In this document: in pieces, positions 51,066-60,947 of the stretch
Position numbering within the stretch: position 1 is the first letter of the stretch
Layout of the letters: each line of letters starts with the position of its first letter
From: an uncultured delta proteobacterium
GTDB taxonomy: Bacteria > Desulfobacterota > BSN033 > UBA1163
Length of the DNA: 64,000 nucleotides
NCBI GenBank assembly: GCA_963708295.1
Contig: CAVPSJ010000018.1
Coordinates: forward strand, 1 to 64,000
Reading direction: 5' to 3'
Translations under genes and position numbers: made by a program
Notes under the pieces: model-generated
What the model was told of the DNA's origin: nothing
What the model saw: only the letters and a program-made list of their open reading frames with translations
Databases searched by the model: none

Positions 51066-51098
51066 AAGAAGGGCGGCACGAAGGACCGCCCTTCTTTT
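51066..51098. terminator. Bidirectional intrinsic terminator
   Basis: AAGAAGGGCGG-loop-CCGCCCTTCTTTT between convergent genes. Confidence 0.8.
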
Positions 51099-51111
51099 CA
51101 CCGGATCTCCT

Positions 51112-52287
51112 CTATCCGTTTTTCGTTTTTCTTTTAAATGACCTCAATTTCTCGGCAGCCTGTTCGAGGGTCTCCTTCTTCTTCGGAAAACAGAAACGAA
51201 TCTTCGTCTTTCCCAGAGAAGAACGGCTGTAGAAGCTACTCCCCGGAACCGTCGCCACTCCAAATTTCTCGACTAAATGAAAAGCGAAAGCCACATCGTC
51301 CGAAAAACCGAAATGTCCTATGTCCGTCATGATGTAGTAGGCCCCGTGGGGGCGATAGACGCGAAATCCGGTTTCCTCCAAGACCCTGGAAAAAAATTCT
51401 CTTCTTTCCTGATAATCCCCGGCGAGCGTCTTGTAATAACTTCGGTCGATCTTCAGAGCGGTTGCCGCAGCCTCTTGCAGCGGGTGGGGAGCTCCGACGG
51501 TTAAGAAATCATGCACCTTGCGGATAGACGTCGTCAGATGCTCCGGAGCAATGGCCCAGCCGACGCGCCATCCTGTGAGGCTATACGTCTTGGAAATGGA
51601 ATTAACGGTGATGGTCTGGTCACGCATGCCGGCGAGGGAGGCCATACTGATATGTTTGGCTCCGTCATACAGGATATGCTCATAAATCTCGTCGGTCACC
51701 GCGATCACTCCCCATTTCAGGCAAAGGTCGGCGATGAATTGTAGTTCCTCACTGGAAAAGACTTTGCCCGTAGGGTTGTTCGGGGTATTGATGATGATCG
51801 CTTTCGTGTTCTTATTAAAGGCCTTCGTAAGCTCCTTCTCATCAAAATGCCAGTCGGGCTCGTGGAGCGTGATGAATCGCGGCCTTGCATTACAGAGGAT
51901 GGTATCCGGGCCATAGTTTTCGTAAAACGGCTCGAATACAATGACCTCTTCGCCGGAATTGACGATGGCCATCAAAGAGGAAATCATGGCTTCCGTCGCC
52001 CCGCAACAGACCGTAATTTCTCTCTCCGGATCGATGGACACGCCGTTATACCAGGCAAATTTTTCAGTAATGGCCTGCCGAAGATTCGGCTCCCCCCAGG
52101 TGATGGCATACTGGTTTAGATCTGCTTGAATCGCCCTCACGGCGGCGTCCTTAATCTCTGCCGGTGCCGGAAAATCGGGGAACCCCTGGGCCAGGTTCAC
52201 CCCGTCATGTTTGAAACAGACGCGGGTCATCTCCCGGATGACCGATTCCGTGAACTTCGACGCCCGATCCGAAGAAAATACCTTCAT
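51112..52287 (-). CDS. PLP-dependent class I/II aminotransferase (YbdL-like)
   Basis: NLAQGFPDF, NTPNNPTG, TDEIY, SISKTYSLTGWRVG. Confidence 0.93.
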   Translation of the reverse strand: MKVFSSDRASKFTESVIREMTRVCFKHDGVNLAQGFPDFPAPAEIKDAAVRAIQADLNQYAITWGEPNLRQAITEKFAWYNGVSIDPEREITVCCGATEAMISSLMAIVNSGEEVIVFEPFYENYGPDTILCNARPRFITLHEPDWHFDEKELTKAFNKNTKAIIINTPNNPTGKVFSSEELQFIADLCLKWGVIAVTDEIYEHILYDGAKHISMASLAGMRDQTITVNSISKTYSLTGWRVGWAIAPEHLTTSIRKVHDFLTVGAPHPLQEAAATALKIDRSYYKTLAGDYQERREFFSRVLEETGFRVYRPHGAYYIMTDIGHFGFSDDVAFAFHLVEKFGVATVPGSSFYSRSSLGKTKIRFCFPKKKETLEQAAEKLRSFKRKTKNG

Positions 52288-52439
52288 GGTCGTTCTCCAA
52301 ACGTTCCCCTGACTAAAGTAATTTCTAATATAAAGGACAGCGGGGTTTGGGTCAACATTGAAATCTAAATTGAAATTTAAGAGAAGATATTTCCCCCTTA
52401 AATGGAAGGCTAACAGTTACTAAAAAACTGATTATTTTT

Positions 52440-52667
52440 CAGGCTGCTCAAAAATGCCCCTGCCTTCGTCCCGCAAGGCGGGACTTCGCGCAGGCAGGCA
52501 GATGCAAGTTGAGTCTTCGAAATCCCGTTTACGGGGGCCAAAAAATCCCTTGTAGGGAACGGTTTGAAACCGTTCCCTGCTCAAGTGCGCCACAATAAGC
52601 CTGCCCCGTACTTGACACGGGGAGGGATGAGGGGAAACGAGGCAAATGGGCTTTTTTCAGCAGTCTG
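52440..52667. mobile_element. MITE-like element containing nested REP-like palindromes
   Basis: Terminal IR CAGGCTGCTCAAAAATGCCC / GGGCTTTTTTCAGCAGTCTG with three internal palindromes. Confidence 0.65.
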
Positions 52668-52755
52668 CTAAAAAGAAATCCCGCCAACGGAGCCAAGGCT
52701 GGCGGGATTCGCACCCCCGATGAAAGGGTCGGAAAGTGAATGCTATTTCAGCAGA

Positions 52756-54148
52756 CTAAGGCACAGGGTAGGCTGTGAATTCCATCCTGTATCCCGTTTG
52801 GAAAAGTTGAAATTTAATTGATTCTGGCTCAAAAGCATAGCCTGGCTTGGAAGGAATGGCGACGTAATCACCTTCCGGGAGATCTGTCTTGAATGTTCCA
52901 TGGGAACTTGATGCATCTCCTCCAACCTGGCCTAGCGAGATCAATCCGAATGAAATCTGCACATCGCGAACAGGCTTTCCTGCGCTGTCTGAAACTTTCC
53001 CCCAAACCCAATAGGTTCTCGGATGGATAGCCCCGTAGATGACCAGCTTCGCCTTGTCCACGAGATTCCACCCGCCTTCGTACCAATTGAAATCCGTGGT
53101 TCCGACTGGGAAGCGGCTCGACACGGATCGCTGCCACAGTGCGGGCGGAAAACCCCGCGTTATGGTCGTTGTTTGCTCCGTAATCCCAACCATCTCCCAC
53201 AGGCGGAGTTGTGGATGGCCGGTCAGGCCTTCCTGCGATCTTCTGAGGCGGGATCAGCCGGTAAGGTCCCTCTCCGTCAAGCTTCAACGACGTGGGGTTT
53301 ATCTTGCCCGGGGTCAAAAGATCTCCGTCCCTTAAATAGGCGAGAAGCATGTAGAGCTTATCCGGAATCTTGTAACCATTGTCACAGGGATATCCCGGGT
53401 CAAATTCATAGTCAACGAAATCGAGCCCTCCGTAATAGTGCCCGTAAGGATAGGGCCCCATGACATCATACTGAATGCCAGAAGAGGTTTGAGGATCGGG
53501 AGCGTTGATCGGAAAGGTTTGAGAAAAGCCATCCGGGGAAAAGACCGTAATCTGTGTAGCCTCTTTACTGACGCCTGCATACCTCAGGAGATCCATGACC
53601 CTGACTCCTCGGTACGTGGCATAGAAGTCCTGAGACTTCGAAGCGTTCAACAGGAGGAATTCACTGTAGTCGGGCAGCCTAAGAATCCGCTCAAAATTCA
53701 ATCCGATGACCGGAGCAGAAACCAAGCCGGGATAGTCCTTGGCGTCGCCGGGAAAGGTAAGAGCCTGAATCTCCTCAAGGTTGGTTTTGCCGTCCCCGTC
53801 GGAGTCTAGATTCTGAATCGTTTGGATGGACGCGGTCGTTCTCCCCGCGTCTTTGTAAGCGATACCGTACGAATTTAACGGGACAGGCTGGGTATGCGGC
53901 GGTTTGGTGCCGTACGTTTGGTGGCAATAATCACAACTGCCATAGGTCTTTGAGCCGATCTTCCCCCCCGGATGGCAGAGGGAACAGTCATCGAGCTTCG
54001 TAGATTTCGCAAACGGGTAGACTGTCAAGAAATTGTTGACATCCTGATCATTCTGGTGCGAGCTGTACGCAGCCAGGACAGGGGTCGTCATGACCATTGC
54101 CGACAGAAAACCTAAAACCAAAATCGAGTAAAACCCAACTTTTTTCAT
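52756..54148 (-). CDS. GEGP-motif diheme c protein with molybdopterin-oxidoreductase-like domain (frameshift near 53110)
   Basis: Signal peptide; CSLCH, CDYCH; DSDGDG loop; YRGVRVMDLL..SPDGF..DGEGPYRLIPPQ; beta-sandwich-like tail. Confidence 0.8.
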
Positions 54149-54386
54149 ATGCAGCCTCCTCTTTTTGTGGAATTAGGGATATCTCCCTTTTTATTCTCCA
54201 CCGTGTACCCCCTCAACAATGGAGTAAGCATAGTTGTTGGGGTCAGAAATGTCAAGAATAAAAATAACTAAAACATACTTTTTATTACTTGTAATAACCA
54301 ATTATTCTTGACAAAACGAAACCCGTGATCTATTATTTTGTTGTTCCCCGTCTGATTGAGGCCATAAGCACGCAGGAGGAATCCTA

Positions 54387-54620
54387 TTGGAGCCAGATTT
54401 CGGGAAGTTGTCCTTTGAGAAAGCCGTCCAGCTATTTAAAGGATGGGGTTTTCTGGTGGAGCAAGGTCCCAGGTCTGGAGAAGTTACACTTATACTTGAA
54501 GGGCCTGACCACCGGTCCTACTACGTCTGCGAAGCCGAACAGCTGCCGGAGATGGCAAACTCTGTCCTGCGCATGCGTTGGTGCGCTGGTGCGATGAAAG
54601 CCCCCGCGTTGGATGTGTAG
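54387..54620 (+). CDS. Small hypothetical protein
   Basis: RBS AGGAGG with TTG start, 77 aa, downstream of TTGACA. Confidence 0.55.
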   Translation: MEPDFGKLSFEKAVQLFKGWGFLVEQGPRSGEVTLILEGPDHRSYYVCEAEQLPEMANSVLRMRWCAGAMKAPALDV

Positions 54621-54774
54621 TAAGAAATTGAAGTTGGGGCATGACGCAAGAGTTGGTAAAGTACAGACCTGTTTGCAGTCGAGTAGACCGCGGTAACCTC
54701 TCCATATTATCCAACGGGCATTTTGATAGTTCCTGTCCGGAATGCCTGTCGTAGTAAATTGTGAGGCCCTTTTG

Positions 54775-55551
54775 ATGACGCTATACGAGGCCCTTAACAT
54801 TGATCTTACTATTCCTGAATTGATAAGCGTTGTAGGCGCGGGCGGAAAAACATCCACCATGTTCAGACTTGCCCAGGAGCTCAGGGCCCTTGGAAAAAAG
54901 GTGCTTGTTACCACAACAACGAATATCGCATTTTCAGAAACAACCAAGGCTGACTGCGTTATCCTCGATAGCTCAAAAGACATCTCTTCATTATTCAGCG
55001 TTGAACCGGGGACGATCGCCTGCCTTGGAAGCAGCACGGTGGGTGATCAAGAGAAGCTAAAAGGTATTGAACGAGAGTTTGTCGGCAAGATTTACCGGGA
55101 ACATCTTTTTGACTATATTATTGTCGAGGCTGATGGTTCGAAAAGAAGGCCCATCAAGGCGCCGGCACATTACGAGCCGGTCATTCCCCGAGAAACAACA
55201 CGAGTGATCGGCGTTATCGGGCTCGATGCACTCGGTAAGGGCATTACTGAGGACTATGTCCACCGGCCCAGTCTATTTTGCTCTATCACAGGGAAAAAGA
55301 TGGGTGACACCATCGACCGAAAATGTCTTATCGACCTCATCCTGTCGGAAGATGGGCTTTTCAAGGACGCACCGCAGGGATGTGGCAGATATGTGGTTTT
55401 GAACAAGGCTGACCATACGGACCGAGAAGAAGAAGCAAGGATTGCCATTCAAGAATTGTTACAATTGCATACCGCTATCCATGGCTTCATTATTGCAGCT
55501 ACAAATAAGAACTGTATTTATGCCCAAGCGTTGGGCCCTACTCCCGGATAA
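54775..55551 (+). CDS. yqeC: Selenium-dependent Mo-hydroxylase accessory protein YqeC
   Basis: ISVVGAGGKTS, LVTTTT, VEADGSKRRPIKAPAHYEPVIP, LNKAD. Confidence 0.9.
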   Translation: MTLYEALNIDLTIPELISVVGAGGKTSTMFRLAQELRALGKKVLVTTTTNIAFSETTKADCVILDSSKDISSLFSVEPGTIACLGSSTVGDQEKLKGIEREFVGKIYREHLFDYIIVEADGSKRRPIKAPAHYEPVIPRETTRVIGVIGLDALGKGITEDYVHRPSLFCSITGKKMGDTIDRKCLIDLILSEDGLFKDAPQGCGRYVVLNKADHTDREEEARIAIQELLQLHTAIHGFIIAATNKNCIYAQALGPTPG

Positions 55552-55700
55552 CACCCTTCGTTTCTGCCCCCGGGCTTCTTCCCGCTATTCTACGCACTCC
55601 TTCTTCTGAACATCGCTGGTCGCCCCTCAAGGTATCCCGGCTTTTACTCCCAAATCGCAGATCCGCCAGACCCTGGAGCCATAACGAAGGCTAGACAATC

Positions 55701-55852
55701 GTTCATTACAGTGAACTACTTTCAAATCCAATAATCTGTCTTGCATTTTCTCTTGACAATGAATGGATTATTGTTTATTTATTGTAGTAATTAGTTATAA
55801 AAAGTATGAATTTTTACAAAAATGAAATATATAATCGTTCATTATAATGAAC
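55701..55852. promoter_or_regulatory. Two palindromic operators flanking the Mo-hydroxylase operon promoter
   Basis: GTTCATTACAGTGAAC (55701) and GTTCATTATAATGAAC (55837), both preceded by AATC; TTGACA at 55753. Confidence 0.75.
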
Positions 55853-55965
55853 TGCTATGCGGAGTTTTAGTTCTTGCTCTTTGCAGGCCGAAGATTCTAT
55901 CCCGGCTTTTCCATCGCTGGGACCTCATCTGAAACCACGTGGAATGAGTGCATGGAGGTAAACGA

Positions 55966-56427
55966 ATGACGAATATCCCAATGACTTGTCCATTTTCAAA
56001 GAAGGTGTGTACGGATTGTATCCTTTACCGAGGAAGACATCATTACCTCAGTTCTCTAAAGCCGCGCCCGGGCAATGGAAACGGGTCAAAGAAGCCTGCA
56101 GGCTCGCGGCGTCGCTTTCTATCCGATGATTTCGAGCTTTTAGACAAGGCTTCGGAGCCCTGGGCGGGTAAATACGACGAAACAAGGGGGGAGCCGGCGA
56201 TTCGATTGAAGGTGATCGATGTGGAAAGCAGGGGGACCCGAATGTGCAGCCTTCACGAGGCAAGAACATGGGACTGGACCAATTCGAGAATCTGGAGAAT
56301 CATTGACGGCCGGCAAATAAGGAGCTTAGAGGGCCTCCTGGATGTCCTATGCCATAAGGCTGAAGAGGGCGCGGAGGAAGCGGAGCTTTATGAGGCACCC
56401 CGCTTCTTCTTCCTTGCGGGCGGATAG
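55966..56427 (+). CDS. Cys-rich protein with C-terminal Gly-Gly (MoaD/ThiS/Ubl-like tail)
   Basis: CPFSKKVCTDCILYRGRHH; ..IIDGRQIRSLEGL..LAGG*; RBS GGAGG. Confidence 0.7.
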   Translation: MTNIPMTCPFSKKVCTDCILYRGRHHYLSSLKPRPGNGNGSKKPAGSRRRFLSDDFELLDKASEPWAGKYDETRGEPAIRLKVIDVESRGTRMCSLHEARTWDWTNSRIWRIIDGRQIRSLEGLLDVLCHKAEEGAEEAELYEAPRFFFLAGG

Positions 56428-56485
56428 AAAGGCAGCGCATCCGTGTGAGAGGGGTTCAAGCGATCCAAGAGAAAAGGAGAGAAGC

Positions 56486-57358
56486 ATGATACATGATTTC
56501 ACGTACCTTAAACCGGGAACACTTCAGGAAGCAATGTCCATGCTCTCCGAGCACGAAGACGAATGCAAGATTATCTGCGGCGGGCAATCTCTGCTCATCG
56601 TCATGCGCCAGGGATTGTTGGTGACCGACTACCTGATCGATATTAAAGCACTGAAGGAGTTGAGTTACATCACTTTCGATGAGAAAGAAGGATTTAAAAT
56701 CGGTGCGACCACAACCCATAGAATGATTGAGACTTCGGAGATGATCAAGAAGAGGTGTCCTGTCCTTGTTGACGTCGAAAGGAGGCTTGCCTCTATTCAG
56801 GTCCGCAACTGGGGGACGATCGCAGGGAATCTCGCTCACGGGGATTCGTCGGGAGATCTCGCACCGACACTCATCGCCCTCGATGCAAAGATAAAACTGG
56901 CCTCGTCCAAAGGGAGCAGGGTCGTCCCACTCGAGGAATTCTACACCGGTCTTTTTGAGACTGCTTTGAAGAAAGATGAATTGGTGACCGAGGTTCAGAT
57001 CCCTCCCCTCCGGGCCGGAACAGCCGTGGCCTACAAGAAATTCAACCTCATTGAAAATGACCAGGCAATCGTTGGGGTGGCTGCAGCGGTGACAGTAGAC
57101 CAGGGTGGCGCCTGCAAAGACGCGCGGGTCGTGCTCAGCAATGCAGGCATCACACCGATTCGTGCAAAGAGTGCTGAGAAGATCCTCATCGGCAAAAAGC
57201 GAGCAGGTGCGCTTCTTGTCAAAGCGAGGGACGCTGCTTCCAGTGATGCTGACCCGGTTTCCGACATCCATGCCTCGGAAGAGTACAGACGCCACCTGAT
57301 CAAGGTATTGACAGAGCGTATGGTAAAGCAGGCATGGGACCAAGCGGTTCATTCATAG
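56486..57358 (+). CDS. Xanthine dehydrogenase/CoxM-family FAD subunit
   Basis: CGGQSLL, QVRNWGTIAGN, DIHASEEYRR; no 4Fe-4S insert. Confidence 0.92.
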   Translation: MIHDFTYLKPGTLQEAMSMLSEHEDECKIICGGQSLLIVMRQGLLVTDYLIDIKALKELSYITFDEKEGFKIGATTTHRMIETSEMIKKRCPVLVDVERRLASIQVRNWGTIAGNLAHGDSSGDLAPTLIALDAKIKLASSKGSRVVPLEEFYTGLFETALKKDELVTEVQIPPLRAGTAVAYKKFNLIENDQAIVGVAAAVTVDQGGACKDARVVLSNAGITPIRAKSAEKILIGKKRAGALLVKARDAASSDADPVSDIHASEEYRRHLIKVLTERMVKQAWDQAVHS

Positions 57359-57379
57359 TTTGAAGGAGGTTCTATTGAC

Positions 57380-57859
57380 ATGCAAAAACAGCTGCTAAAA
57401 CTGACGGTGAACGGCCAGGAATATGAGCTTTACATAAGCCCCAAGACCCTTCTCGTCGAAGTCATCAGGGACCACATTGGTCTGACCGGAACGAAGAGGG
57501 GTTGCGAGACCGTCTCCTGTGGGGTTTGTACGGTGATGATCGATGATATGGCGGTGAAATCCTGCTCCATTCTTGCGGTGCAAGCGGAGGGGAAGCATAT
57601 CACCACCGTGGAGGGGCTTGAGAAAAATGGAAAACTGGCTCCGATGCAGAAGGCCTTCCTCGACCACGGGTCCTACCAGTGCGGCTTTTGCACGGCGGGC
57701 ATGCTGATGTCGTGTGAGGCCCTCCTGAAGGAAAACACGGCTCCGACGAAAGAGCAGATCCGGGAAGGTATCGAAGGAAACATCTGCCGCTGCACAGGGT
57801 ACAACAGCATCGTGCGGGCTGTCGAGGCGGTGGCAAAGGGTAAATACAGGGAGGAGTGA
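57380..57859 (+). CDS. CoxS-family 2x[2Fe-2S] subunit
   Basis: GC..SCGVC..SC; QCGFC..NICRCTGY. Confidence 0.95.
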   Translation: MQKQLLKLTVNGQEYELYISPKTLLVEVIRDHIGLTGTKRGCETVSCGVCTVMIDDMAVKSCSILAVQAEGKHITTVEGLEKNGKLAPMQKAFLDHGSYQCGFCTAGMLMSCEALLKENTAPTKEQIREGIEGNICRCTGYNSIVRAVEAVAKGKYREE

Positions 57860-57861
57860 TC

Positions 57862-60161
57862 ATGAACAAATATACTGTCATCAATACACACGTTCACAAT
57901 GTGGATGGAATCGCGAAGGTGACGGGCCGAGCAACCTACACCTTCGACGTGAAACTGCCGGGCATGCTCTACGGCAAGATTCTGAGAAGCCCACACCCTC
58001 ATGCAAAAATCCTGAATATTGATTACAGCAAAGCCCTGGAGCTTCCCGGCGTGATCGGTGTGGTGACAGGCAAGGACACCCTGGGAGTCAAGCAGGGGAT
58101 CTGGCGGCGTTTCCAGGATCTCTGCGACGAGCAGATCCTCCCCGTCGACAAGGTGCGCTACATCGGCGAGCCGGTTGCGGCAGTGGCCGCGTTGACCGAG
58201 GAGATCGCGGAGACAGGCCCTTGATCTGATCGAGGTCCAATATGAAGTCCTTCCCGGAGTATACGACCCGATGGAGGCCATTAAGAAAGAGGCGCCTGAA
58301 ATCCATCAAGGCTTCGAGCGTAATATCAACGTGACACGGCATATCGAGTGGGGCGATGTGGAGGAGGCTTTCGAGGAAGCGGAGTACATCCGGGAGGACT
58401 GGTTCAAATGCGGTGGCCAGGCGCATATGTGTATGGAGACCCGCGCAGCGGTGTCGAGCTACGCCCCTGACGGAAAACTGACGGTCTATCATTCCACCCA
58501 GGCCCCCTATTATATGCAGGGGCTCCTTGCCGGCGTGCTCGGCCTCAAGGAGGGAAACATACGCGTCATCTCTCACTACGTCGGCGGAGGTTTCGGCGGC
58601 AAGTTCGAGCTCGACGGCGCCATCTTCTGCAGTGCCGTGCTCTCCATGAAGCTCTTCAGACCGGTCAAGATCGTCTTTACCCGGGAGGAGGATTTCATCG
58701 CTACGAAGCGCCGGACCCCAATGTTCTACTACGTGCGGACCGGCGTAAAAAAGGACGGGACCTTCTGCGCCCGGGAAGCCAAAGTGTTTACGAACGGCGG
58801 CGCGTACACCGGCATGGGTGCGACCGCCCTTTATCTCACCGGTTTCTTCCATTCCTTCCCATACCGATGGAAGGGCTACCGCTATGACGGCTACAGGGTC
58901 TTTACGAACACCCTTCCCTCCACCTCCATGCGCGGTTTTGGCGCCCCTCAGGCCATGTTCTGTTCAGAGCAGCAGATCGAGTGGATCGCCGCTGACTTGG
59001 GGCTCGACTCGCTTGAGATGAGACGAAAGAATGCCCATTATACCGGTTACGAGGTTCCGGACCAGGCCACCATCGGAAGCTGCGGCATCAATCAGTGCTT
59101 CGACACGATCAAAGAATGGACCAAGAAAAAAGGCAAGTTGCCCGAAAACAGGGCCATCGGTTTTTCCGCAGCGGGTTTTATGTCCGGCGGTATCTTCAAC
59201 TGGTTCGATACCCCCTATTCCTTCTCCTCGGCCGTGGTCACCATCAATAATGACGGAACCGTGGAATTGCACGTGGGCGCTCAGGATATCGGCCAGGGTT
59301 CCAATACCACGCTGGCCATCATCTGCGCGGAGACGCTGGGCGTCAAGGTGGAGGATATCAAGGTCCACTCGGGCGACACGGACCACTGCCCGGCGGATCT
59401 GGGTGCGTGGGGCTCCAGACAGACCCTCATGGCGGGCAATGCCGTGAAGATGGCGGCAGAAGACGCAAAGAAACAGCTTCTTGAATTCGCTTACGCCCAG
59501 TCGGGATTCAATATCGTATACGACCTCGACATAAAAGATAGACGGGTCCATGCGATTGCCCGGCCGGAAAGGGGTTATGACTACGCGGAACTGGTCAAGA
59601 AGGCAATCCGGGCTAAAGACGGCCAAAGGATCGTCGGCAGGGGTTATTACACGCCTCACAGAAAAGGGATGATCTCCCCTGCGTACAGTTATATGCTCCA
59701 GGCGCGTGGAGGTGGAAGTGGATAAGGAAACGGGAAAGATCAAGATCGTCGATAGCCTGACGGCTCACGACTGCGGACAGCCCATCAACCACCTCGGTCT
59801 CATCGGCCAGCTCGAGGGCGCCTTCTCCATGGCTGCAGGTTACGGCTACCTTGAGTACATGCCCTATGAAGACGGGAAGCTGATGAATCCGAACCTGGTG
59901 GACTATAAAGTCATCCGGTCTACAGAGATGCCCGAGGTGCCCGTCGCAGAAATCGACACGTACGAGCCGGAAGGGCCGTACGGCGCGAAGGAAGCCGGCG
60001 AAGGCCTGACGAACCCGACTGCTGCCGCCATTGGCAACGCCATTTTTCACGCTTTGGGTGTGCAAATGAAGGAATGTCCGATAAGGCCTGAGATGATCGT
60101 CAACGCCCTGAAGGAAAAGGAAGCAAAGAAAAGGATAGTAGAGCAAGGAGGGATAGCATGA
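57862..60161 (+). CDS. Mo-hydroxylase large subunit, 4-hydroxybenzoyl-CoA reductase alpha-like (two frameshifts)
   Basis: KVTGRA, RSPHPHA, VGGGFGGK, SMRGFGAPQ, IGQGSNT, GAWGSR, GPYGAKEAGE; three joined ORF pieces. Confidence 0.9.
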
Positions 60162-60400
60162 GCGAGCCAGTCAAGTGTCCTGTATGCGGCAAAAAGGCAA
60201 AGACAGGGAGTGCCATCGATTGCGCCAGGCATATGTTCGGAGTCGGAGATAAACCCCATCGGGCCTGGGTTGAAGCCCAGGGTCTGTCATTCATCGATCT
60301 GTTGATTGAACAGGCGACCACGCCGGGAAATAAGAGCTATGTCACCCTGGCTGAGTTCATTGAAAAGGCGCAAGGAAAACAAGCGCAGGAAAACACTTGA
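60158..60400 (+). CDS. Small putative C2H2 zinc-binding protein
   Basis: CPVC..CARH..PH; start overlaps the large-subunit stop. Confidence 0.7.
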   Translation: MSEPVKCPVCGKKAKTGSAIDCARHMFGVGDKPHRAWVEAQGLSFIDLLIEQATTPGNKSYVTLAEFIEKAQGKQAQENT

Positions 60401-60431
60401 GGAGAATTCATTTCAAGAACGGGAGGTTTTC

Positions 60432-60885
60432 ATGATTATTGAGGGAGGTTTTACATTAAAGGCGCCGATTGAAAAGCTCTTTGATTTCGTGCTCAAGCCG
60501 GAGACGATCATGACATGCCTGCCCGGCGCTGAATCGGTGAAATTGCTCAATGAGACCACCTACGAGTGTGTGGTGAAACAGAAAGTGGGGCCCATATCGG
60601 CAAAACTAAAGTTTGTCAACAGGCTGACCAAGGTCGAGAGACCAACCCATGTCGAGGTCGAAGGGCGAAGGCGAGGATGTGACCAAACTTGGTCATTTCA
60701 AGCAGAAGACCCAGGTGGACTTGAAAGAAGTATCGCCGGGCGAGGTCGAGGTCAAATATAAGTCGGATGTAAGCATCGTCGGAAAGCTGGCCATGTTCGG
60801 CGACCGGATCATGAGGTCCAAGGCCAAGCAGGTCGAAGAAGAGTTTACAAAGAACTTGCAGGAAAAGCTTCGAGATGTGGTTTAG
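60432..60885 (+). CDS. CoxG/SRPBCC-family protein (frameshift near 60665)
   Basis: PETIMTCLPG, KVGPI, GKLAMFGDRIM. Confidence 0.85.
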
Positions 60886-60947
60886 ATCAAATCATCACTT
60901 CCCCATGGATTTACCGGCCGAATTCTTTTCATCGAGAGGTCCCTCCA

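Noticed and set aside
58200-58230. TGA in the Mo-hydroxylase large subunit as selenocysteine
   Set aside because: The protein continues in another frame (ALDLIEVQYEVLP), so this is an indel rather than read-through.
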